Shown: positions 47,900 through 56,613 of the stretch, piece after piece
Numbering within the stretch: position 1 is the stretch's first letter
Layout: every line of letters begins with the position of its first letter
The notes under the pieces: model-generated
What the model saw: only the letters and a program-made list of their open reading frames with translations
The model's database searches: none
Told to the model about the DNA's origin: nothing
NCBI GenBank assembly: GCA_028716565.1
Contig: JAQUPL010000002.1
Span: 96,670 to 160,669 of the forward strand
DNA: 64,000 nucleotides
Source: Candidatus Omnitrophota bacterium
GTDB lineage: Bacteria > Omnitrophota > Gorgyraeia > Pluralincolimonadales > Pluralincolimonadaceae
Direction: 5' to 3'
Program-made: the position numbers and the translations under genes

Positions 47900-48630
47900 A
47901 AAAGATATTTGAACGGCCCAAATCGTTAAGGGACGTGCCCACGCATTATTGCGCCGGCTGCGGCCACAGCCTTGCGCACAGGCTCATCTGCGAGGTCATC
48001 GACGAGCTCGGCATACGGGAGGATGTCATAGCGGTATGCCCGGTTGGGTGCGCCGTCATCGCCTACGAATACTGGGATTTCGACTGTTCCGAGGCCGCGC
48101 ACGGGAGGACGCCATGCGTTGCTACAGGGATAAAACGCATCCACCCGGATAAGATAGTCTTCAGTTACCAGGGCGACGGGGACCTCGCGGCGATAGGCAC
48201 CGCAGAGATAATACACACCGCGAACCGCGGAGAAAATATCACCGTGATATTCATAAATAACGGCGTCTACGGAATGACTAACGGGCAGATGGCCCCGACC
48301 ACAATGATCGGGCAGAGGACATCGACCACGCCGCTCGGCCGCGATATAACGCGGGACGGGTATCCACTGAAGATCACCGAGCTTTTGGCGCAACTGCCCG
48401 GCTCGAGATATGTCGAGAGGGTATCGGTTGATACGCCGGCGAACGTCATCAAGGCAAAGGCCGCGATAAAAAAAGCGTTTAAGAACCAGATAGATAAAAA
48501 AGGTTTTTCCCTGGTAGAAGTATTGTCGCCATGCCCGACTTACTGGGGCCTTTCGCCTAAAGACGCATGTATGCGGATCTCCGGCGAGATGACAAAGGAA
48601 TATCCTCTTGGCGTGATAAAGGACACATAA
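47896..48630 (+). CDS. 2-oxoacid:ferredoxin oxidoreductase beta subunit (TPP-binding)
   Basis: TPP motif GDGDLAAIG...NNGVYGMTNGQ. Overlaps the alpha subunit gene. Confidence 0.8.
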   Translation: MKKIFERPKSLRDVPTHYCAGCGHSLAHRLICEVIDELGIREDVIAVCPVGCAVIAYEYWDFDCSEAAHGRTPCVATGIKRIHPDKIVFSYQGDGDLAAIGTAEIIHTANRGENITVIFINNGVYGMTNGQMAPTTMIGQRTSTTPLGRDITRDGYPLKITELLAQLPGSRYVERVSVDTPANVIKAKAAIKKAFKNQIDKKGFSLVEVLSPCPTYWGLSPKDACMRISGEMTKEYPLGVIKDT

Positions 48631-48634
48631 GAAA

Positions 48635-49177
48635 ATGAAAGAAGAGATAATATTCGCGGGTTTCGGCGGGCAGGGGATAATGGTGATGGGCAAGGTCCTG
48701 GCCTGGGCTGCGATGCGCGAAGGATTAAAGGTGACGTGGATGCCTTCTTACGGCGCCGAGGTTCGCGGCGGCACGGCGCATTCGATGGTCGTGATATCGG
48801 ACGAGATGGTCCCTTCGCCGGTCGTGACGAACCCGACGGCGTGCGTCGTGATGAACAGGCCGTCGATGGACAGATACGAGGATTCTCTCACGAAATCAGG
48901 CACTTTAATAGTCAATTCCACGCTGATTGACAGGCAGGCAGCGAGGAAAGATATATACGTCCTGGAGGTACCCGTAACCAAGCTGGCCAAGGAGCTGGGC
49001 AATACGCGCTGCGCGAACATGATAGCGCTAGGCGCGCTGAACGCTAAATTGAAGATAGTATCGATGAGGGCATTGGTCGACGCTTTAAAGGAAGTGATCC
49101 CTCCGGATAAGCACGGCCTTATTCCGATAAATGAAGAAGCGCTGAAGGAAGGCGCTAAACTGGTCTCAAGGCAATAG
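48635..49177 (+). CDS. 2-oxoacid:ferredoxin oxidoreductase gamma subunit
   Basis: IIFAGFGGQGIMVMGKVLA is the gamma-subunit signature. Confidence 0.8.
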   Translation: MKEEIIFAGFGGQGIMVMGKVLAWAAMREGLKVTWMPSYGAEVRGGTAHSMVVISDEMVPSPVVTNPTACVVMNRPSMDRYEDSLTKSGTLIVNSTLIDRQAARKDIYVLEVPVTKLAKELGNTRCANMIALGALNAKLKIVSMRALVDALKEVIPPDKHGLIPINEEALKEGAKLVSRQ

Positions 49178-51250
49178 ATGGTAAAGGTAAGGTTCGCCCC
49201 GTCTCCGACGGGTTTTCTCCACATAGGAAGCGCGCGGACCGCGCTCTTCAACTGGCTCTTTGCCAGGCACATGAAAGGCACTTTTGTCTTCAGGGTGGAG
49301 GACACCGACAGGGAGCGCTCGAAAGACGAATTCCTTCAGGAAATAATATCTTCGCTCGAATGGATGGGGATGAATTGGGACGAGGGGCCGTTTTACCAGA
49401 CGAAACGGCTCGATGTCTACCGCGAATACGCCAAAAGGCTGCTTAAAGAAGGAAAGGCGTATGAGGCGGAAGGGACGCTTGGCGGCGAGAAAGCGGTGAT
49501 CCTTACCATGCCAAAAGTGACGATGACGATGGATGACATCGTCCACGGCCCGGTCTCCTTCGATATGAACCTGCAGAAAGACCTCGTACTCATGAAGTCG
49601 GACGGATTTCCCGCCTATAATTTCGCGTGCGTCATCGACGATCATGACATGAAGATCACCCATGTGATACGCGGCGACGACCATATATCGAATACGCCGA
49701 AACAGCTGGCGGCCTACCAGGCTCTCGGTATCGAGCCGCCGAAATTCGCGCATATACCCCTTATACTGGGGACGGACCGTTCGCGGATGTCAAAACGCCA
49801 CGGCGCGACTTCTATCTCGGAATACAAAGAGATGGGTTTCCTTCCCGACGCCCTCGTCAATTACATCTCCCTTTTAGGCTGGGCGCCGACAGGCGACCGC
49901 GAGGTGATGCCGATCGACGAGATAATAAAGGAATTTTCCCTCGAGAGGGTCGGGAAGACCGGCGCCGTATTCGATATAGACAAACTGATCTGGATGAACG
50001 GCGAATATATCAGGGCAAAAAAGACGGAGGACCTGGTCCCATTCGTCGCGCCGAGGCTTAGAGAGAAAGGCGTAATAGGAGACGACTACGATAAGGTGCG
50101 GCTCAAGGAGGCGGTGGAGCTTTTTCATCCCCGCGCGAAGACGATCGCCGAACTAGCCGATTCGACCGCTCCGTTTTTCACAGACGACGTGGTTTACGAC
50201 GAAACCGCGGTCGCTTCTGTACTCGCCAAGGAAGGGGTAAAGGCAAAACTGGAGGCTGTTATCGCGAAATTCGGGCCGCTCAAGGCGTTCGATCCGCAGG
50301 CGCTCGAGGCCTGCGTCAGGGACCTTGCCTCGGAGTCGGGCGTTAAGGCGGCGGATCTCATACATCCGGTCCGCGTAGCCGTCACTGGCCGGAAGGTTGG
50401 CGCGAGCCTCTTCGAGACCCTTTCCCTTATCGGAAAAGAAAAGACGTTGGCGCGCCTTAAAGCGGGCCTCGCGAAGGCCTTATCGGTCGTGATGGCGGCC
50501 GGGCTTTTGATGACATGCCGGGATCTGCGGGCGGAGAAGATATACTACAAAGACGGAACTAAGGTCACGGAACAGGTGATCGGCCGTGATAAGAGATCGG
50601 TCTGGATCAAAGACCCCTCGGGGAATATCGCCGTAAACCCGGATCGCATACAAAAGATCCTGAATGATGACGGGTCGGTCTCCAAGTATGATTACGGGAC
50701 GATACTGAGGACGATAGAAGAGAAAGTGAGGGCCGGAAATTACAATGAGGCCGCGGACTTATGCGACCTTTTAGTGCAATCGTTCCCGAAGAGCAACGAG
50801 GTCCATTACCTTCGGGCGGTGCTTAACCAGAAGGCCGGAAGATTTTCCAAGACCGCAGAAGATTACAAATTCATAATCGACAGCAAGTATAGCGACGCCA
50901 AGGTCTTTAACAACCTCGGCGCGATATACGCCGCGGATAAAGACAACCGCAGCGCGATGGAGATGTTCAAGAAAGCCGCGGAGATGAACGGCGATATGCC
51001 AGAAGTCCATTATAACCTCGCCTTCCTGTTCCTGCAGGAGAAGGACTACGATAAAGCGATAGATGAATACAATAAAGTGATAGCCAAGGAGCCCGATAAC
51101 ACCACGGCCTTGTATAATCTCGGCGTAGCCTGCGCGTTTAAGGGGGATTTTGCCGGGGCGAGGGAGCGGTTCGAAAAAGTCATCGCGATAGACAAAGGCG
51201 ACGAAAGCGCGACGAAAGCGCTTAAGGCGCTTTTGAGAAAAAATAAGTAG
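49178..51250 (+). CDS. gltX: glutamate--tRNA ligase with in-frame C-terminal hydrophobic segment plus TPR-repeat extension
   Basis: Class I HIGH (PSPTGFLHIG) and KMSKS-like (RMSKRHG) motifs in the first ~440 aa. The frame then continues through ALSVVMAAGLLMTC into about 240 aa of TPR-like repeats with no intervening stop. Confidence 0.8.
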   Translation: MVKVRFAPSPTGFLHIGSARTALFNWLFARHMKGTFVFRVEDTDRERSKDEFLQEIISSLEWMGMNWDEGPFYQTKRLDVYREYAKRLLKEGKAYEAEGTLGGEKAVILTMPKVTMTMDDIVHGPVSFDMNLQKDLVLMKSDGFPAYNFACVIDDHDMKITHVIRGDDHISNTPKQLAAYQALGIEPPKFAHIPLILGTDRSRMSKRHGATSISEYKEMGFLPDALVNYISLLGWAPTGDREVMPIDEIIKEFSLERVGKTGAVFDIDKLIWMNGEYIRAKKTEDLVPFVAPRLREKGVIGDDYDKVRLKEAVELFHPRAKTIAELADSTAPFFTDDVVYDETAVASVLAKEGVKAKLEAVIAKFGPLKAFDPQALEACVRDLASESGVKAADLIHPVRVAVTGRKVGASLFETLSLIGKEKTLARLKAGLAKALSVVMAAGLLMTCRDLRAEKIYYKDGTKVTEQVIGRDKRSVWIKDPSGNIAVNPDRIQKILNDDGSVSKYDYGTILRTIEEKVRAGNYNEAADLCDLLVQSFPKSNEVHYLRAVLNQKAGRFSKTAEDYKFIIDSKYSDAKVFNNLGAIYAADKDNRSAMEMFKKAAEMNGDMPEVHYNLAFLFLQEKDYDKAIDEYNKVIAKEPDNTTALYNLGVACAFKGDFAGARERFEKVIAIDKGDESATKALKALLRKNK

Positions 51251-51285
51251 TTTGATATTTCTCAGAGATGTGATAAAATTATAGT

Positions 51286-52497
51286 ATGAAAAGAGTTATG
51301 CGATATAATAGGTCCGGGATAAGGGCGTTTACCCTAGTCGAGATATTGATCGCGCTCGCGGTAGTAGGGGTCCTTTTTGGCCTTATATTCGCCTTCTACA
51401 GGTCCGCCATAGACAGGTCCAAGTATGTTGGGGCCGTCGCCACGGTAGATTCTATCAGTAAGGCCGAAGAGATAAGCCAGATGAATACCGGCGAGTATGT
51501 GGCTGCCGCCGACACGCAAGAGGTAAACGAAAAACTCGGGCTGGATATAGAATCGAAAGAATATAATTTTAAGGTTATCGGGGTAACGAACGATAATTTC
51601 ATCGTCCTGGCGGAAAAGATACTAGATGATATCAATAGCGGAGACCTTTCTTCGGATCAGGCCGTAATAGCCAGGGATAAAACCGGGCCGATCCCTCCGG
51701 AATCGGTCGATACCCAAGGAGATGAAACCTCTCCCGGAGAAAATAGTCCCCCCGGCGGTGATTCTCCCGGCGGCGGTAGTCCGGGCGGCGGGGCTCCTTC
51801 GGGCGAAAGCAGCCCGGTTAGCACCCCGGGCGGGGGCGGAAGCCCTACCGGCGGCGGGATCCGGACGATAAGGCCGCGCCAAAGCACCCTCAGCGCCGAC
51901 ATATTAAATTTACTGGACGGCACTATCTCAGGACAGTGGGCGCTCGACCTTATCGCTAACAATAGCATAAAAGTAGTCTATGTCGACATTAATGATTACG
52001 GCCTTTCGGGCGCTTTGGCTTTTTGGGGAGGCACAAGAGATGGTTATATAGTCGTCGACAGGCATAACGTATTCGTAACAGGCAACACGATATTCGTAAA
52101 CGAGAACCTTCCCGCGCTTGGGTATCCCGATACCGCCATAGCTTCCATAATCACGCATGAAGCTACTCATGCCGATTACGATTATCATCCCCAGGCATGG
52201 ATAGACGCGACTAAACTCGCGCATCCGGAATTGACGGATAGCGACATCCATATAACCAAGTATCCGGGAGATTCCATAGACCAGGAATACCAGGCTTTTA
52301 ATAACGCCACGACCACCTGGAGGGAAATAAGGGGAGCCGATAGAAATACCGAAATGGATGATTGGATCACGCTCCAGGATACGCCTCCTCCGCCTATAGA
52401 TATAGGGCCGGAAGCGGCCATGAAAGCTGAGATCAGGACCAGGTATCCGACCAATCCGCCGATACCGATAGGATCGGGCGGGTTGCCGGAATATTGA
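51286..52497 (+). CDS. prepilin-type (type IV pilin-like) protein with G/S/P-rich linker and C-terminal metzincin-like zinc-metallopeptidase motif
   Basis: Class III signal IRA|FTLVEILIALAVVGVL. A low-complexity segment TSPGENSPPGGDSPGGGSPGGGAPSGESSPVSTPGGGGSPTGG. HEATHADYDYH has the HExxHxxGxxH spacing with Gly replaced by Tyr. Confidence 0.6.
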   Translation: MKRVMRYNRSGIRAFTLVEILIALAVVGVLFGLIFAFYRSAIDRSKYVGAVATVDSISKAEEISQMNTGEYVAAADTQEVNEKLGLDIESKEYNFKVIGVTNDNFIVLAEKILDDINSGDLSSDQAVIARDKTGPIPPESVDTQGDETSPGENSPPGGDSPGGGSPGGGAPSGESSPVSTPGGGGSPTGGGIRTIRPRQSTLSADILNLLDGTISGQWALDLIANNSIKVVYVDINDYGLSGALAFWGGTRDGYIVVDRHNVFVTGNTIFVNENLPALGYPDTAIASIITHEATHADYDYHPQAWIDATKLAHPELTDSDIHITKYPGDSIDQEYQAFNNATTTWREIRGADRNTEMDDWITLQDTPPPPIDIGPEAAMKAEIRTRYPTNPPIPIGSGGLPEY

Positions 52498-52516
52498 TAT
52501 TATCGGAGCAGACCAT

Positions 52517-53113
52517 ATGAAAAAATCGGCAGTAACGGTTTTTATTTTATTATTAGGAGCGGCCTATATGGTTACTTGTAGCGGTTGTTCCGGAGCGGGC
52601 AAATATAAAAAATATTCCAGCACAGACCCGGAGCTTAATTTAACGATGTACTATATCCCGGGTTGGGAGTTCAGCGAAACGCGCGGCGCCCATAACAGCT
52701 ATGTTGATGTCTATTTTGGCGAACCGTGGGACAAGGTAAGGGCAAAGACGCGCAGGGCATCCATCGAAGTCGTCTCTTTCCAGGTGCCGAAGACCGGGAC
52801 GCCGGATATCTCGGCCCTTGCCGAGGGGATTGCCGCCGGTAAATTAAGATTGAATGACGGTAAATTGCTCGGAAAGGCGAAGATAAAACTTCCGGCGGGA
52901 GAGGCGATGGACCTTTCTTTTTCCTTTAAGGCCCCGGACAGGCTCTATAACACAAGCTCTAAACTGTTGACTGTAAAAGAAAGGGTCGTGATCTTAAAGA
53001 ACGGCGACAGCCTTTATACCGTCAAATACCAGAACAGGGAAGAGGCTTTTGACAAATATAGCAAAGATTTCAACAATATAGTAAGGTCGATAAGGTTTAA
53101 AGTGAAAAGGTAA
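52517..53113 (+). CDS. hypothetical lipoprotein
   Basis: Lipoprotein signal LLLGAAYMVTCSGC. No family recognised. Confidence 0.4.
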   Translation: MKKSAVTVFILLLGAAYMVTCSGCSGAGKYKKYSSTDPELNLTMYYIPGWEFSETRGAHNSYVDVYFGEPWDKVRAKTRRASIEVVSFQVPKTGTPDISALAEGIAAGKLRLNDGKLLGKAKIKLPAGEAMDLSFSFKAPDRLYNTSSKLLTVKERVVILKNGDSLYTVKYQNREEAFDKYSKDFNNIVRSIRFKVKR

Positions 53114-53158
53114 TATTTTGCCGTCGCATTTCAACCGGTTCCCTCCCGAATATTAGAG

Positions 53159-54772
53159 ATGACTGATAAAATAAATATTCTTATACTTATAGCATGCTGT
53201 CTATTCTTGTATTTTATCGGAAGCGCCTCCATTAATCTTACCGATCCGGACGAGGTCTTCTACACCGGTACGGCAAAAGAGATGCTCGCTAACAAAAGCC
53301 TTCTTACGCCGCTTATCTTCGGAAAACCCCAGTTCGAGAAACCCCCGTTATTTTATTGGATGCTGATGGGTTCCTTCAAGGCCTTCGGCATCAATACATT
53401 CGCGGCGCGGCTTGTCCCTGCCCTGGTCGGGCTGATAGGAGTCATGGGGACTTATTTTTTCATGAGGAAGATATCCGGCGCCCAGGTCTCTTTTTACGCG
53501 GCCCTGTTCCTGTCGGCCGCGTTTTTGTATTTCGGGCTTTCAAAGACGGTGATCACCGATATCGCCTTTTCGGTCTTTACGGCATTCGCCCTTTACTCCT
53601 TTTATATCTGGTACAGGTCCAGGAAAGACCCTTATGTAGCCCTTTTTATGATAACCCTCTCCCTGGCCGTATTGACAAAAGGTCCGCTCGCCGTAGTCCT
53701 TGTTTTCGCCGCCATAATCCCGTTCCTCTTTTTGGCCAAGGGAGCCAAGGCCTTGCCGGCATTCTTACTGAACAGGTACTGGCTCATATTCCTGGCGCTC
53801 GGATGCGGCTGGTTTGTTTATGCCGTCGCAAAATACGGGAATGAGTTTGTCGGGGAATTTTTTGTGCGCGATAACTGGCACAGGATAATCTATGCAGAAC
53901 ACCGGAGTTCCGACAGATGGTATTTCTATCCGGCCGTCGTAATAGGGGGCATGGCCCCGTGGACGGCTTACCTCTTATTCCTGGGAAAGGGCTTTAAGGA
54001 GCATAGGGACGAATACCTCTTCTTTATCTCATGGATCGTCTCGACCTTTTTGATATTAACCTGCGCGCATTCTAAATTAGCCAGTTATATACTTCCGCTC
54101 TTCCCCGCGCTTTGTTGCGCCCTTGCCATTTCCGTGAATTCACTGTCCGGCAGGCCGAAGTCGCTTATCGCCGCGGGAGCCGTTAATATCCTTTTTGGGG
54201 CGGCAGGATTGATAGCGTCGCCGTTTATCGCGAAAGAATATCCGGACCTGGCAAAACCGTTTTTTTTGAGCCTTTTCCTACTTTTTATTTTCATGACGGC
54301 AGGAGGGGTATCGCTGATAAAAGGCAGGATAAAGCAGGCGGTATTTTTGAATATCGCGGCGCTCGCGGCTTTTCTGCTCGCGGGGGTATCTTCGGTCCCG
54401 GCTAAACTTGAAACAGCTTTTAGCGATCACGGCCTTCCTGAAATCGTGAGGAAGCACGGGTATGAAGGAAAGCCGATAGTTTGCAGCAAGATGTATGTGA
54501 GAGGGGTATATTTTTATACCGGAAACCCGGTCCTGGTCTTGAATATGGGCGGGAAAAAACCTTTTTGGAGCGACCATCCCTTAGATGTATTGAGCACGGA
54601 AGCGGAGGCGGTGACTTTTTTCAGGGATAAGGATAAAGTACTGTGTGTCTTGACTGAAGAAGGCCTGGAGAAGATAAACGGGTTTTTCGGAAGCGGCAGG
54701 AGGAACGCGGTGATATCGAGCAATTTAGACAGGGTGGTCGTCCTAAGCGAAAAAATCTCCCCGTTAAAATAG
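53159..54772 (+). CDS. glycosyltransferase family 39 (PMT/ArnT-like polyprenyl-phosphate-sugar:protein or lipid glycosyltransferase)
   Basis: N-terminal DE motif (LTDPDEVFYTGTAKEM), a KPPLFYWM loop and about 11 TM helices typical of the ArnT/PMT (GT-C) fold. Confidence 0.75.
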   Translation: MTDKINILILIACCLFLYFIGSASINLTDPDEVFYTGTAKEMLANKSLLTPLIFGKPQFEKPPLFYWMLMGSFKAFGINTFAARLVPALVGLIGVMGTYFFMRKISGAQVSFYAALFLSAAFLYFGLSKTVITDIAFSVFTAFALYSFYIWYRSRKDPYVALFMITLSLAVLTKGPLAVVLVFAAIIPFLFLAKGAKALPAFLLNRYWLIFLALGCGWFVYAVAKYGNEFVGEFFVRDNWHRIIYAEHRSSDRWYFYPAVVIGGMAPWTAYLLFLGKGFKEHRDEYLFFISWIVSTFLILTCAHSKLASYILPLFPALCCALAISVNSLSGRPKSLIAAGAVNILFGAAGLIASPFIAKEYPDLAKPFFLSLFLLFIFMTAGGVSLIKGRIKQAVFLNIAALAAFLLAGVSSVPAKLETAFSDHGLPEIVRKHGYEGKPIVCSKMYVRGVYFYTGNPVLVLNMGGKKPFWSDHPLDVLSTEAEAVTFFRDKDKVLCVLTEEGLEKINGFFGSGRRNAVISSNLDRVVVLSEKISPLK

Positions 54773-55114
54773 GTTTTATTTCCGCCGGAAATCAGGTATA
54801 ATTGTCTTCCGGCAATATAAGATCCGAAGTTTCTGCCCCGTTGGGTAATGGTAGCCCACAAGATTCTGGAACTGATGTAGATACTTGCAAAAACCGTCTC
54901 AAACCGCTATAACCCCTTAATCCAAATCACATTAGCCAAATCCGCGATTTTAATCAATTTTATCAAATTTTAGTCATTTTTAATCTAAAACAGTCATTTT
55001 ATAGACATCGACCCGGGAGTAGGATTTAGCATTTTAATTTATTTATCATCGTGGCCGCTCCACCGTACTTATCTCTGACTCTTGCCTGTAAATTAATCAA
55101 ACCTAATTTTGTTC

Positions 55115-55143
55115 TTGACAAACGTTTTTAATTAGGTTAAAAT
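55115..55143 (+). promoter_or_regulatory. sigma70-like promoter upstream of the higB-like toxin gene
   Basis: TTGACA (55115-55120), a 17-nt spacer, then TAAAAT (55138-55143). Confidence 0.45.
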
Positions 55144-55185
55144 TATTAACAGAAAGGGTTAAGAATTTTTTGACATATATCATAG

Positions 55186-55524
55186 ATGGATGTATACTTT
55201 GTTAACAGCAAATTGGGAAAGATTTTTAATAGCGAGAGGAATTTGCGAAAAAAATATGGCCCAATTTCAGACAAGATTAAACAAAGGCTAGCCGAGCTTA
55301 GGGCGGCTAGTACCTTATCGGAAGTATCTCAGTATCCGCCCGCCAGATGTCACGAGCTAAAAGAAAACCACAAAGGACAATTCGCAGTTAATGTTAGTGA
55401 AAATAAAAGATTGATATTCGTACCCCATAACCACCCTACTCCTCTCAAAGTTGATGGTGGCATAGATTTAACTAAGGTTACTGAGATTTGTATCATAGAC
55501 GTACTGAATTACCACCAAACTTAA
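55186..55524 (+). CDS. higB: HigB-like toxin (RelE/ParE superfamily, plasmid-killer type)
   Basis: 112 aa. ...CHELKENHKGQFAVNVSENKRLIFVP...EICIIDVLNYHQT parallels HigB (LHPLKGDREGYWSIRVN..RI.F...GDAYILNYEDYH). Immediately followed by an HTH antitoxin gene. Confidence 0.65.
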   Translation: MDVYFVNSKLGKIFNSERNLRKKYGPISDKIKQRLAELRAASTLSEVSQYPPARCHELKENHKGQFAVNVSENKRLIFVPHNHPTPLKVDGGIDLTKVTEICIIDVLNYHQT

Positions 55525-56601
55525 ATGTATAACACAAAAAAATATAAATTTAATCCTGATTATGCTGTTGCTCCCGGGGAGACGGTATTAGAATACCTCA
55601 ATCATCTAGGGATGACTCAAGCAGAATTGTCTACTAGAACGGGCAGACCATTAAAAACAATTAATGAGATTATAAAAGGGAAACAAGCCATAACACCGGA
55701 AACTGCGCTGCAATTCGAAAGAGCGCTTGGAATGACTGCTAGCTTCTGGAATAATCTCGAAAAAAATTATCGTGAAGTATTAGTTGGCAATAGAGAAACT
55801 CGACTTCTAGGAAATCATCTTGAATGGCTTAATAAAATACCAGTTAATGGCATGATAGCCAATGAATGGATAAAGAAATGTGACAACCCTGTTTATCAAT
55901 TGCAGGAAGTTTTATCTTTTTTTGGAGTTGCAAGCCCAAGAGAATTATCTGCAAACTGTTCTCAGGTTGTTTATAGACAATCCAAAAAATTAAGAGGTGA
56001 CCCTTGGGCAATTTGCGCATGGTTAAGAGAAGGGGAGTTAGTAGCTCAAGCCATAACTTGCGATGCTTATGATAGTGCGAAATTCCGTGCCGCTTTAAAT
56101 ACAATAAGAGGAATGACGGTAGAACCTATTTCTGATGTTTTGGTTAAATGGCAAAGTCTTTGCGCTGAATGCGGAATCGCTCTAGTTCTTGTGAAGGAAC
56201 TCCCAAATTTAAAAGTTAATGGCGCTACTCGTTGGATATCAAAAGACAAAGCCGTTATTCAGCTTTCATTGTTATATAAGTTTGCCGATATATTTTGGTT
56301 TACTTTTTTTCATGAAGCAGGCCATATATTATTGCATGGCAAAAAAGAAGTCTTTATTGAAAGCCATGGTAAAGAAAACAATAATGAAAAAGAAGCAGAT
56401 GAATTTGCAGAAAATATTCTGATACCAAAACGTGAATATAGTACATTTATTAATGCAGATAGTTTTACTTATGAAGATATTATAAAATTTTCTAAAAAAA
56501 TTGATATTTCCCCAGGAATTATACTTGGTCGTTTGCAATTTGAAAAGAGAGTACCTTACAATAGTTTTAGTAGTTTAAAACAAAGATTTTGCTGGAAGTG
56601 A
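55525..56601 (+). CDS. higA: HigA-like XRE-HTH antitoxin fused to ImmA/IrrE-family (COG2856) zinc-metallopeptidase domain
   Basis: N-terminal HTH (AVAPGETVLEYLNHLGMTQAELSTRTGRPLKTINEIIKGKQAITPETALQFERALGMTASFW). C-terminal HEAGHILLH (HExxH) together with ...EKEADEFAENILIP is typical of ImmA/IrrE peptidases. Confidence 0.65.
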   Translation: MYNTKKYKFNPDYAVAPGETVLEYLNHLGMTQAELSTRTGRPLKTINEIIKGKQAITPETALQFERALGMTASFWNNLEKNYREVLVGNRETRLLGNHLEWLNKIPVNGMIANEWIKKCDNPVYQLQEVLSFFGVASPRELSANCSQVVYRQSKKLRGDPWAICAWLREGELVAQAITCDAYDSAKFRAALNTIRGMTVEPISDVLVKWQSLCAECGIALVLVKELPNLKVNGATRWISKDKAVIQLSLLYKFADIFWFTFFHEAGHILLHGKKEVFIESHGKENNNEKEADEFAENILIPKREYSTFINADSFTYEDIIKFSKKIDISPGIILGRLQFEKRVPYNSFSSLKQRFCWK

Positions 56602-56613
56602 GAGGGAAATACT

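Noticed and set aside
54820-54885. tRNA-like fragment (TGGGTAATGGTAGCCCA resembles a D-arm) at the left island border, a possible att remnant
   Set aside because: No T-arm (GTTCRANYC) and no acceptor pairing could be built on either strand. Probably coincidental.
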